This document shows, piece after piece, positions 51,728 to 63,904 of a DNA stretch of 64,000 nucleotides. A model generated the notes under the pieces. The model saw only the letters and a list, made by a program, of their open reading frames with translations, had not been told where the DNA came from and ran no database searches. Position 1 is the stretch's first letter; every line of letters begins with the position of its first letter. A program made the translations under genes and the position numbers. Source of the stretch: Octopus vulgaris. Lineage: Eukaryota. The DNA is taken from assembly GCA_951406725.2 (NCBI GenBank), contig OX597818.1, positions 7,006,001-7,070,000 on the forward strand. The letters run 5' to 3'.

Positions 51728-54596
51728 TGCTGCGAACATTCAGAAACGAAAGTATGAGTTATGCTCTAGGAGTTTGTCAAACAAATTACAATTTTCCCAT
51801 CTCCTCCGCCACACAAACTCAGAGATACGAGTTAACAGTAGAACGGTGAAAAAATAATCGGAAATATGTGTTCGTTTCTCAAAAATATACACCGTTTAAA
51901 ATTATGAAAATGAGGTAGTGACAGGACAGCAATCGGAAATACCTATTTCCGAAGAAAAATATACGGGTGAAAATGACAAAAATGAAGTACAAGCATGTTT
52001 GAAAAGACGCACTTGTCAAAGAAAATAGACGATATATGTCCTTGGATTTTAAAGCAGAGTATATATTGGTTTGTTACTATGGAAATGCAAAATTTAAAAG
52101 CTATTAACTTTTTATTTATCAATTTCATACAAAAATCAATTTCTTTTCCGTAATTAGCATACAAAACTACATCAATACTGCAAATTTGAAAATAATTGAA
52201 ACAAAATTAAAAAATTGAAAACTGTGAGTGAAACAGATAAGATCCTTTCGTTCTATACCATCTACTTTTTCTTGTATCCAAGGATGATTCTCTCCATTGT
52301 TTACCATTGCCCTAGTAGTGTCAGAGACCCGTGAAGACACTGGTATGTTTCTGCCATTTCTTCCTCTAAGGGTTTAAAATTCCCCAATAGCTCTCAACAT
52401 TAGACTGCAGTTCTAAATATTTCAGTGAACATCACCTACACAAGACTACCATTACATACATTTACAACACATTCAAAACAACCAATACACATATACCATT
52501 AAATATACCAAAACTACTAACACAAGCTAGCAAACAGTATTGCTATTCCGATTCCAAAATGAAGCCTTGTACGAAGACGATTGCCTTGTTTGAAATAAAA
52601 GCCTAATCACTCTTAAATTGTAGCCTACCTTCATAAAAAGATCGATCATCTTGCATATCGTAATTCTATATATAGTATTGCTGAACAAAAGGAGGCGGGA
52701 TTGTCATGAGATTTTAATCATATATCTGCTCGATCATGGATGACCTGGGGACACAGCAAAACCAACAAGCCATCATTACTAAAAAGTATAATTCAGCAAG
52801 CGCCACCACACACGTCACAAATATTCAGCAGCACAGTAACAGTCACTACAACTATCACTAACACTATCGGAACAAATCCACCAAGAAAATCATTACTACT
52901 AATGCATAACAATTCAAACACCAGTAACAGTTTTATCATTGTCGATATAACTATTCACCAGTGCTGTTACAGATAAAAAAAAAAGAGAAACAAAATAAAC
53001 ATAAATTTTAACCAAACACACCAGCAAAAGATGGTGCCTAGAAGTAATCGCTCAGATTGCTAGAAACAGAAGATAAATCTGTCTCATATTATATGCTTTC
53101 CTCTTACGAAAAAGGTTGCATTGTATACAAAGTAGCTTTAGAACCAGTTTATCTAAAATAAAAAGAAAGAAAAAAAGAAAACGTGGGGAGTCGTAAATTT
53201 TTGAAGGATTTCAGTCATAATTTATTAAGATGAATATACAGTGTAGTTCTTGATTTACAAAAGACGGTATCGTTGCGGCTAGACCACGTTTTATTTCCTT
53301 GATATACGAAAACACGGGATAGTTTTAGTTGGCACACGCTTGATCAAAGTCTCGTCAATCAAGGCGGTCCGGGGTTAAAAATAAACACCATACATTAATC
53401 AGAAAAAGGACAATCACCGCCTTCGCCATTACCAACAGCAACAACAACATTGTGCACCAACACAAAAGTAACGTTGCAATCACTAGCAATATCGCCTCCA
53501 ACAACCCTGAAATTCAGTTATCTCGCTCAATGACGCCCTCAAACACCCCCACCCCACTATTACTAACAAGAGCAAAAACAAAAAGAGCAACAAAAGCAGG
53601 ATTGCTCCGATAAGCTTTACCGCCATTACCCCCAGAATTGTAGCCAGCACCGGCAGCACTTGCTACTACTACGACTACTACTACTACTACTACTACTACT
53701 ACAGAATCCCAAACACCGTCACCCCACCACTACCACCACCTCTAGCGCCTCTGCAGTATATCGACGTGGATTTAAGGAATACGCCTCATTTCTAAATCAT
53801 TAAGACCTTGATTTATGCCTTTTGCTCACTGTTCATACCGCCCCGTCCATCTACCGGCTGCTTCGCCTTGTCACCTCAAACTTTGTCTGAAGCACGGCAA
53901 TGTGCACACGTGACAAGCGTCACTCCTCTCGTGTCTCCAAACACATACATACGCACGTACATTATTCGTTACACTTTAAACCAACAACACGCACACACAC
54001 ACACACACACATATACATAAACACGCACATGCACGTACACATGTACCAACACATACACAAACTTACACAGAGCAGATAACCAAAGCAGCCGGTCGAATAC
54101 AATAAAAAAAAGTGGCAGGACATATAAAAGAATTGCAAGAAAGAAAGAAGGAAAGAGAAAAAGGAAAGAAAGAAAGAAGGAAAGAAATAAAGAAAGAGAG
54201 AAAGAAAAAACACAAAAGAGAGAAAAGAAGACAGACAGACAAAGGAAGATGTGGTGATAGACAGCAGACAGAGAAGCAGTTTTGGAAACAAAATGGCATC
54301 ACGTCAGTTAGGGGAGCAGAGAGACAAATAGGATGGGAACCTAGACTGAACGTTTAACCACTTCTTGCTTGGCTCAAAAGAGAAAAGAATCCAAAAGCAT
54401 TTACCATTGTTCCAAATCATTTAATAAATTCATACCACGAATGCTCAGCGCTGCAATTGCTGACTAATACAGAATTTAAGCGAGTTTTGTTATTAGTACT
54501 GCTATGATATTCTCGTTATCAATGCCAATGTCTGTTCAAGTTCTTTTTTCCCCTACTGTTTTACATATGAATATACTTATATGTATATCAAAGCAT

Positions 54597-54654
<58 letters not shown>

Positions 54655-54701
54655 CACAAGAACCACAGACGGGAATATCAGTCATCAGTCATATCTAGAT
54701 T

Positions 54702-54769
<68 letters not shown>

Positions 54770-54908
54770 TTATGTTGATGCAAACAGGGAAAATAGAATT
54801 CAAAATATGAGTATATATTTTTATCAAATATTTAGCAAAAGTAAGAGAGTTACTCAATGTGTGAGGGTCAGTCAGTTACATCTGCTAAATATTAGAAATA
54901 TGCATATA

Positions 54909-54943
<35 letters not shown>

Positions 54944-55141
54944 GTATGTATATGCATATATATATATATTGAGAGAGAGAGAGTGATATATATATATAAT
55001 GTGTATATATATATGTGTGTAAATACATATATATATATATATATATAAGCCTTACCATACATCTCCACACACAACCCTCTCGATAATGAAGCCTTCGGCA
55101 CCATCCTCCACAACATACCCCTCCTAAAAAAAGACCACAGA

Positions 55142-55669
55142 ATGAACACAATCCTCCAAACACACACGATCATAAAAAGCAAGAGACAGCCTAAATCTAT
55201 GAAAAGTCTCCTAACACAAGCCCGAATTCACTCTTCAACACAGAAGCCGACAGTAAAAAAATGTGGAAGACCCAATTGCGGGATATGCGATTATCTAATT
55301 GAGGGATCAGAGTTCTCCTTCAAACAGGGACAACGGTTTACAGTGAAAAGCAACTTCACATGTGCTTCGGAGAACCTAATATACTCACTAAACTGCTCCG
55401 GGTGTCAAGAGCAGTACATAGGCCAAACAAAAAATAGTTTGCGTAAAAGAATGGCCCTGCACAGATCCCAGATAAAAATTCCCCAAAACAGAAAAATAGC
55501 TTTCAGCCAACACATAGATACTTGCGCCAACAACAAAACACCAGGCTTCAGGATTTTCCCCCTCTACCAATTTAGGGACGATACAACCTCTAGACAACGA
55601 ATAAGTAAAGGAACTCTCTTTATTACAAAATACAGGCCACTTCTTGACGGGTCTACGACAAACGATTAA
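55142..55669 (+). CDS. PLE C-terminal Cys linker plus GIY-YIG endonuclease (truncated, probably non-functional)
   Basis: RQPKSMKSLL..CGRPNCGIC..FTCASENLIYSLNCSGC..YIGQT..LRKRMALH..H; the expected catalytic Glu position appears to be Gly (ISKGTLFI). Confidence 0.85.
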   Translation: MNTILQTHTIIKSKRQPKSMKSLLTQARIHSSTQKPTVKKCGRPNCGICDYLIEGSEFSFKQGQRFTVKSNFTCASENLIYSLNCSGCQEQYIGQTKNSLRKRMALHRSQIKIPQNRKIAFSQHIDTCANNKTPGFRIFPLYQFRDDTTSRQRISKGTLFITKYRPLLDGSTTND

Positions 55670-56270
55670 TATACCTCAACTTTAGAATAAAAGAAATACA
55701 CACACAAATATTACATTCCAAAGAATCCATTACAAATCAGCCCCTATCACAGCTATAATCCATAACGTGCCAACTTCGAGTCATACAACACCTCACTACT
55801 TTCACCCATTCATAGTCTCCTTCTTCTTCTTCTTCTTCTTCTTCTTCTTCTTCTTCTTCTTCTTCTTCTTCTTCTTCTTCTTCTTCTTCTTCTTCTTCTT
55901 CTTCTTCTTCTTCTTCTTCTCACCTTCTACCTCTTAACTTTATCACTAATGCTTTTTAGTATAACACCTACGCAAATTCCATAAACAAACCTTTCAATAG
56001 AAATATTCTCCTAAATTGAACTGCAACTGCTAGCCGCCACTGACCATTCAAAATACGACCATCAAGGCACTCCCAAATTTTTCCACCCCTTCTCCTCAAC
56101 AACCTTCTTCTTCTTCTACCCTACCAAGAATTCACAACGGCCTCGAACACACAAGTGCAAACAAGGGAGACAGAGAAAGGCAGAATGCCACTTATATTTG
56201 AACACTATACAAATATTCCTTTAAAAAATGTTTTCTTTTAATTTTTCTAAATTTAATTATTTAATCGTTA

Positions 56271-56308
56271 CAGTTGAAAAGGTCTCAAAATGACCGAAAC
56301 CGGTACTG
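56271..56308 (+). ncRNA. Minimal type I hammerhead with a U3-A8 core variant
   Basis: cag-TTGAAAA-ggtc.tcaaaat.gacc-GAAA-ccgg-TA-ctg; all three stems form; stem III is the palindrome ACCGGT. Confidence 0.7.
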
Positions 56309-56356
56309 AAATGTTCTTTATAAAATTATTTTAGCATTTTCTATTTTGACTTGTTT

Positions 56357-56435
<79 letters not shown>

Positions 56436-56482
56436 TATATAATTGAGGATAACATCAGTATATAGATATATAATTATGTAGA

Positions 56483-57250
56483 TATAATTACAATTTAGGG
56501 CACTAAAGGTACAGCGCCTATATGCTAGAAATAGAGCCAAAGACTCTAAACCACTTCAAATTGCACTCCATTTACACAGGCTGAAAGTGAGAAATTGATC
56601 TTTCAAGGGTTAACCATATTATTTGTAACCAAATCTTTTGTTGTGCATTTTCCTCACTTTTGTGTGATTGAAGTGAAGTTTGAAGTGGTTTAGAGTTATT
56701 TCGCGTCTACCTCTAGGATATAGGCGCTGTATCTTCAGTGCCCTGAATCATAATTATATACTTATTTTACCTATAACGGTTTCTTTTATATGCTGGCCAC
56801 TCATAAAGTCATAAACGTTTTAGTGATGTTATCCATAATTATATATACGCGTATATTTGTTCACCCCTGGTCATTATTTTTACTGCTGTATTTTTCTGAC
56901 CAAATACGCACGTGGTTGAGTTGTACAACAAGATTGTTCGTATATATGTGTAAATATATATATATTCATATATATGTGCGTGCATTTGTATGGATGTATA
57001 TATCTATTTTCATTTATGAAAGCGCGGTATACCCTACTGATGAAGGTAAATTTATTATTATTACTAAACAAGAAATTCATCAATCTAGAGTTAACCATAT
57101 TTTTACTAAATCTTTTGTTGTCGACTTTTCTCGCTTCCAACCTGTATAAATGGAGTGCAATTCGAAGTGGTTCAGAATCATTTTGTGTATACTTCTAGCA
57201 TATAGGTGCTGTACCTTCAGCGCCTTTAATAATAATTATGCCTACATAAT
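56483..57250. repeat. Foldback (56483-56760) plus a second diverged right arm (57090-57250)
   Basis: agggcactaaaggtacagcgcctatat / atataggcgctgtatcttcagtgccct; third copy atataggtgctgtaccttcagcgcct. Confidence 0.85.
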
Positions 57251-57358
57251 GTATATTTATAAATATATATGTATTATAAAGAGGAAAGATCAAAATCAAG
57301 GCAGAACGAGTATCTCAAGCAATTTAGAATAATTGAATTTGGGTAAGGTGAATTTTAA

Positions 57359-57407
57359 GTCCTACAGCCGTTTCTGGAATAACCCTGGATATTCCGTCAT
57401 CAGAGAC
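57359..57407 (-). ncRNA. Type I hammerhead with canonical core, orphan PLE-type terminus
   Basis: gtct-CTGATGA-cggaata.tccagggt.tattcca-GAAA-cggctg-TA-ggac; C-A mismatch at the base of stem II. Confidence 0.7.
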
Positions 57408-58854
57408 AAGATATGAATATTTTAGACATTTTACCCGGAATAAAATTCACAGTTTATATGGAATAAATTGAAAGAATAAAGAAGTAAATAGAAGAATAAA
57501 GAATAAAGGTTGTTAGAAGAATATAAGCAGGAGAATGAAATTCCCAACTCATCTTTTTCCAGAGGATATACATGCTGGTATGTACTTCCATGAAGGTACA
57601 GGTTCTCAGTTAAAATCCTAGGTAAATCCAGGCGGTTTTTTGGCAGTATTTTGAATGATATATTTATATTGTAAAGGTATATATAGTGCGAGAAAGTAAG
57701 ATAGAGATAAGTGGGTTTTGTGTGTGTGAGAGAGAGAGAGAAGGGGGAAGAGATTGGATTAAAATTATTAATAATATAGGGTTAAAAGGGTAGAATAAGA
57801 GTGAAAATAGAAATAAAATAAAAGTAAAGGTAATGATAGAAATATGTCAGTAATGAATCGGGGTGAGAGGTCAAACGGTAAAGTGTAGTGGGGTGAAAGG
57901 CCAATCTAGGTAAGGTTGCAAAGGACAATAGTATAGTGGTTTGTACGGAGATTTAAAATTATATTTCAAGCTTAATAGCTGTTAACTAGATAAAGGATAT
58001 AGAAATAAAATTAAAACTTAAAATTAAAATTAAAAATCAAAAATTGTAACTTAAAATTAAAACTAAGAAAAATATAAGCTCAAAACTACAAAACTAAAAG
58101 CTATTGATTTGAAACTAGTTCGCTTCTAACATACTTATGTTGATAGAGAGGTAGAGGAAAAGAAGAAAACGTATACACATATATACGTACATACGTACGT
58201 ACATACACAGCTATACATATATACACATACACACATACACACACACATATACACATACATAAGCGTGCATATATACATACATATGTATGCACATATACAT
58301 ACATATATATGCACATATACATACATACATATATATATATATACATTTTAACGACCATGGATGAATGTGTTATGCGTGTTGATTTTGTTTGGATTTGGAT
58401 AACACCTATGACAACATGTAGAAAAAGCGTCGTGTTGTTTATTTAGTAATTGGTATGGGACCCCGGAATCTATTATGGCCCATGATATCCTACATGGTAC
58501 CTTTCTATTTTTTAGATGATGGATATGTTTGGCTAGAGACGTAGATTTACTATGCTCGTCAAACTGAAATGAGGTTATATGCGCCGAATATCTATGCTAA
58601 AAAGTAATTATAGATCCAATATAGTAGTTAGTAGAATCATGCAATATGTTGTGGACCATGCATTCGTATACTACGTTAAACCTTCTACAGTGGGTTACAA
58701 TGTAGTGGGCTTACAATGGGCATTCAGTCGCGGATCGGCAGTTGCAGCTATCTGCCATACGGAGCTTATTAATGGAAAGGGAAGATGCAGTACTATTTAT
58801 GAGAAATTGATATTAAAGGTGCTCTTAGGGGATTGGCTCGTATTATCATTGTTA

Positions 58855-58935
<81 letters not shown>

Positions 58936-58937
58936 AT

Positions 58938-59232
58938 TCTATGTTTGACTTTTGCTTTATGTTTGTAGAAGTTGGCTCCAAGTCTCACCCAGAGACCTCA
59001 AGAGACAACAGGTTAGAAGTTCACGTTGTTGTTTTGCCTAGTGTGCCATATATTTGGGGAGGGGTTGTGTTGTACTAGTGAATGTCTAATAAATAATTTT
59101 TAAAAAAAAAGTTTGTTTTAAACCTTGAGATTACATAGATAGTATTTTGCGTAGGATATGAGCAGTTCCCATGAGCACTATCTTTTGAATTTCTGCCATT
59201 TTTGGGTTTCCTGGTATCTGAGTTAGGTAGCA
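58938..59232 (-). mobile_element. Dong/R4-like family D, short 3' fragment in (TAA)n
   Basis: LTQIPGNPKMAEIQKIVLMGTAHILRKILSM*; UTR homologous to 24657-24790. Confidence 0.88.
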
Positions 59233-59294
<62 letters not shown>

Positions 59295-59305
59295 CATCAT
59301 CATCA

Positions 59306-59396
<91 letters not shown>

Positions 59397-59930
59397 TGAG
59401 TAAGAGAGCAGTTCATGCCATCAAAGTGACACTGGGGTAAAATATACGAAGCCCAATATACCCATCATGACTACCCGTCTGATAAAGGTACACCAGGCAC
59501 ATGCATCACAACCATATCAAGATAAACAGCACATGACCTTGCAGGTGGGGCCCAGTTAGAATTTTCTTCAGGTTGAGTAGCCCATCCCGCTCAAACGGTC
59601 CCTGAATAAGGGTTGTTTAAGGATGTTGAAAGAACCACCCATGTTTCCAGAGGTGAACTATTCAAACCCCAAAGAATCCCTCTCAACACATGGCTATGAT
59701 GCTCCCCCACTACTTCTGCTCGTGATCAGAGATGCACATATCGTCAGCCACTAAGGGACATGCTCAACTGGTTAAGGTCAAACAACTGACAAGCAAATCT
59801 GTGGTATTGAGCAGAATATTTGCTGTAGCCCATCTTTTATACCAAGACAAAACAATGTACATGATAACACTTCCAATCAGTTAAGATCAGAAGCCATGAG
59901 AGCCACTGCCTGGTACTGCATCAGGGCATT
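59397..59930 (-). mobile_element. Second near-full copy of the ~555-bp (TAA)n-embedded element
   Basis: Reverse complement of 30154-30710 with a short internal deletion; (TTA)n on both sides. Confidence 0.88.
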
Positions 59931-59939
59931 TATTATTAC

Positions 59940-60096
<157 letters not shown>

Positions 60097-60586
60097 GCTA
60101 TTAGTAGAAATGATGGAATAATAGTATTAATAATATTAGTATACAGTGTCATTAGTGGTGGTGCTATTAGTATCAATATTCTCCTGATACGTTTCGGCCT
60201 GCAAAGGAAGCGGCGATGTTTGTATCTTGGTTAATTCTGGTTGTAGTGCTAGGGTAACACTACACCCTAAACGGCTGTAAGAATTCAAATTAACTTTACC
60301 CTAATTATATCATTCTAAATTACTTGAGATACTCGTTCTTGGTATTATCTTTCCTGTAATATAATATATACCTGACATAACGGGGCCTTAGTACCGATCC
60401 CTAGATCTAGCCTTATCTGTGATCTTCGAACGTGACGGTCGACCAACTATAGCACTTACTCAGCGTCCCTATTCATTTAGAACAGTGAACGACAGCCTTC
60501 ATATTCTATGCGTGTGCGTGTGTATGTATATAGATAAATGCATCTATGTAAGTAAATGCACATATAAATGTACGTAAACGTAAGTG

Positions 60587-60833
60587 TGGATGTGAAGTAA
60601 GAGGTTTGCTTCCCAATCACATAGTTCCGGGTTCAGTCTCACTGCGTGGCATCATGGGCAAGTGTTTCTGGCAGACCAGGGTCTTGAAAGTAGATTGATA
60701 GTCGGAATCTGAAAGAAGCCCGCGGTATGTGTGTGTATGTGTGCGTGCGCGTCTGTGTTTCTCCCCCAACACGGCTTGACAACCAGTACTCATCTGTTTA
60801 CGTATTCGTAATCTAACGGTTCGGCAAAAGAGA
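60587..60833 (+). mobile_element. SINE family 2, 3' end cut off by the PLE
   Basis: gtttgcttcccaatcac..ccgggttcagtc..cttgacaacc..ggttcggcaaaagagac, then homology stops. Confidence 0.8.
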
Positions 60834-60867
60834 CGGGTTGACTAATTGTTTTTTCCAACGGATTTCC

Positions 60868-60960
60868 TATTTCTTCCTGAAGAGAAAGACACAATATGGT
60901 CTCATTATTCAATCGGATTTTGGTAAATTGTGCCTTTCGAAACACGTGTAGAATGAAATA
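60868..60960 (+). ncRNA. Type I hammerhead ribozyme, canonical core; predicted cleavage after 60950 (GUA)
   Basis: Stem I tatttcttc/gaatgaaata; CTGAAGA 60877-83; stem II gaaagacacaat/attgtgcctttc (11 of 12 pairs); GAAA 60939-42; palindromic stem III ACACGTGT. Confidence 0.88.
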
Positions 60961-61216
60961 AAACAATTTCTGTTCAATCTTCGTTCAGCTCCATTTCTTC
61001 AATTCACCAATAATATTTTAATTTCAATTATCCGCACCAACGCACGGTCGCAACACCATATGGTTGTACCTCCAACCGTGCTGTCTTCTGCTGTGATTTT
61101 TGCTACCAAGGTATCGGTTAAACTTTTGATTAATCTGCTACAAGATTATTCATCTTTCTATTTCACATAATACATACCGCTTCGTCAAGAAACTGCTACT
61201 TTAACCGATACCAATA

Positions 61217-63904
61217 ATGGAGTTGTTCGAGATTGATGCGTCCCTTAAGGATATTCCTATACCACCGAAGGACGCCTTCCTTAAGGAGTTGGTTTGTAAA
61301 ACCAACGCATTCATAAACCGGATAAGATGGCTCGTTTTCTTCCACGAGAACGAAGATCTAAAATCGAACCGGACAACAGCATCGTCCGAATACGGCCGGC
61401 TTTTTAAAACACTGGATACGCCGCCACCTAACCCAAGACTGAAGAAGTTTGAGGACGACTTATGGGACATAGTTAGAAAGATTAAGTTCAGGAAGTCACC
61501 CAGGAGAAATGCCCACCTCAGATACCTAGATAAAATTACCAAGGACATTAATAGAACGGACGGAGTCCTGGTCCAGTCCGACAAGACCAGGAACACATAC
61601 AAGCTACCCATTAAGCAGTACCTAGATTTACTCGGTAAAGAGATCAAGAAAAATTATAGAAAAACCAATTGGAGTACCCTGAGGAAGGTAAACTTGGAAA
61701 TTAAGGAAATAATATTTAAACACCGAATTCAAATGAGAACTCAGCCGCTTAGCCCTAAGCAACCCAGATTTATAGTGAAGGACCATAAACCGAACTTCCA
61801 CACCAACCCAGCGCTAAGACTCATATGCCCTGCTAGCTCTGATATCGGGATAATCAGTAAGTACATGTTAGATAAATATATCCCTAGTTTAGTAAACAAG
61901 CTGAAGCTCAGCCTCTGGGCCAACTCCTCGCAGGTAGTGAAGTGGTTCTCTTCCATCCCTAATAAGAACCGTACTAGGTTCATTCAGTTTGATATCGCCA
62001 GCTTCTACCCCTCGATTAACCCTAGTGTACTAAATAAGGCCCTTTGGCATGCTCACAACAAGGCTGGCCTCACCAGAGAAGAGATAGATATCATTTTAGT
62101 TGCCAGGAAATCGTTTATTAAGTTTGATAATAAGTTGTGGATCCGTAAAGATACTCCCAATGAATTTGATGTGCCTATGGGTAGTTCGGATAGTGCACAG
62201 ATAGCCGATTTGGTCGGAATATATATTCTCTACGAATTGTCCGACCAATTCCCGGAGATCGCGGGCGGCCTGTATCGTGACGATTGTCTGTTTTACCTGC
62301 AAAACACCACGAACAGAATAGTGCAGAAAACTAAGAGCAGGTTAGCTAGGTTTTTTAATAGAATGGGCATGAGTATAGTTTTTGATAATGAACTCACCAA
62401 GGCCAATTTCCTAGACGTTACACTTAACCTTAATAGCGACTCATACTGCCCTTACCATAAGCCTTCCACTAATTTGAAGTATGTCAGTGTCTTCTCAAAT
62501 CATGCCAAAACCGTAACAGACAATTTGGTTAAAAACATCTCTCTAAGATTGTCTGGCTTGTCCGCCAGTGCCGATATTTTTATGCAGAAAGCGGAATTTT
62601 ATAACGCCGCACTATCCAAGGCCGGTTATAGGCAGAAGGTAATTTATATTGATCCGGCCCTTCTGATGCCATCATTCGGTCATCAGGATAGGGCCGTCTA
62701 TAATAACATAAACAATTTAAGTAGGGACGGGAGCGCGGCGGATGCCGGGGCAGTCGCTCCCGCATTTAATTTAGCGAACAAGGATAATTATCGGTCCGGG
62801 AGATCTCACACTAACCCAAAACCCGTTATTCATCCGAGAATCACCCACCCGAATGCGAGAGCTGGCGTCCCGACCCATCACACAGATAGGAATAAGCATA
62901 TATGGTTTGTAATTCCCTTTGGTAAGCAGATTAGAACTAACCTCCCCCTCATGTTTAGACAAGCCATCGCTAATAACTTCCCCAGAAATTCCAAATATTA
63001 CTCCACGGTTAACTCGCATAAAGTTAGGATAGCTTTCTCCAACACTAAAAACCTCGCCCAGATAATCACCTCCCATAATAATAGGCTACTTACTAAGACC
63101 TTATCACCTTTTTCCGGAGGCACAGCCTCTTCCGCTCCCGGTTTAATGATCAGTAGGATTAATTATAGTAGTAATAATGATATGAGAGCCAGTACAGTGA
63201 CACATAATCTCAGCTCCAGCCAGGGAGTACACACTAGGGGTATAGTTATAAATAGGGGTGTTGTGGTTGACGGTAACAATGGGAGTAGGGTAGAGAGCCC
63301 CAATAGCAACCCCAGCATCATTTCCCGCAATAGCAGCTCCACGGGCACTAGCAATGACAGCACTCTGATAGATAGTGAAGAATCAGGGGTTATTCCGATA
63401 GTTAATAGTGACGTAGTGGAAAATAAAGCAGTAAGCGGCTGCAGTTCTCGTAACAAATATAGTGACAGGAACGCAGTTCTAATTTCAGAAACTAATCCTA
63501 GCAGAATAAGATTCACGTCGGCGAACTCCAAGATCAAAAACGCCGTCTACCAATGCAAGGTTTACACGGACTCAGATGTCTACACTTATGTAGGGGCCTC
63601 ATCGTCAAGATTGGCTTTGCGAATCTCCAATCATTACGCAACTTTTCGGGACATGAACAAGCGCCAGACCACGGGACTCAGCAAGCTAATATGGCGATTG
63701 AAAGATACGAACTCAAGCTACAGGCTGGAATGGTCAATTTTGTCGGTGGCCCTCCCATTTGATAGGGGCAGAAGGAAGTGCAACCTTTGTGTCTCCGAAC
63801 TCTTCCATATTTTGTTCGCCAGAGGCCGGATGGTAAACGGACTTTTACAGTCAGCTTTTCGATGCCCCCATTGGCGGCGTTACACTTATCTGGCTTTTAA
63901 ATAG
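61217..63904 (+). CDS. Penelope-like reverse transcriptase plus GIY-YIG endonuclease (895 aa)
   Basis: SDKT, KDHKP, FDIASFYPSI, PMGS, YRDD, FLDVTL; C-terminal AVY..YVG..R..H..EWSIL..CNLC..E..N..CPH; no stops. Confidence 0.95.
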   Translation: MELFEIDASLKDIPIPPKDAFLKELVCKTNAFINRIRWLVFFHENEDLKSNRTTASSEYGRLFKTLDTPPPNPRLKKFEDDLWDIVRKIKFRKSPRRNAHLRYLDKITKDINRTDGVLVQSDKTRNTYKLPIKQYLDLLGKEIKKNYRKTNWSTLRKVNLEIKEIIFKHRIQMRTQPLSPKQPRFIVKDHKPNFHTNPALRLICPASSDIGIISKYMLDKYIPSLVNKLKLSLWANSSQVVKWFSSIPNKNRTRFIQFDIASFYPSINPSVLNKALWHAHNKAGLTREEIDIILVARKSFIKFDNKLWIRKDTPNEFDVPMGSSDSAQIADLVGIYILYELSDQFPEIAGGLYRDDCLFYLQNTTNRIVQKTKSRLARFFNRMGMSIVFDNELTKANFLDVTLNLNSDSYCPYHKPSTNLKYVSVFSNHAKTVTDNLVKNISLRLSGLSASADIFMQKAEFYNAALSKAGYRQKVIYIDPALLMPSFGHQDRAVYNNINNLSRDGSAADAGAVAPAFNLANKDNYRSGRSHTNPKPVIHPRITHPNARAGVPTHHTDRNKHIWFVIPFGKQIRTNLPLMFRQAIANNFPRNSKYYSTVNSHKVRIAFSNTKNLAQIITSHNNRLLTKTLSPFSGGTASSAPGLMISRINYSSNNDMRASTVTHNLSSSQGVHTRGIVINRGVVVDGNNGSRVESPNSNPSIISRNSSSTGTSNDSTLIDSEESGVIPIVNSDVVENKAVSGCSSRNKYSDRNAVLISETNPSRIRFTSANSKIKNAVYQCKVYTDSDVYTYVGASSSRLALRISNHYATFRDMNKRQTTGLSKLIWRLKDTNSSYRLEWSILSVALPFDRGRRKCNLCVSELFHILFARGRMVNGLLQSAFRCPHWRRYTYLAFK

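Larger units (their letters stand above)
55047..56360 (+). mobile_element. 5'-truncated PLE (Neptune/Nematis-like) between (TA)n tracts
   Basis: LPYISTHNP upstream and in frame with the GIY-YIG ORF; 3' UTR with (CTT)n and a hammerhead at 56271. Confidence 0.85.
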
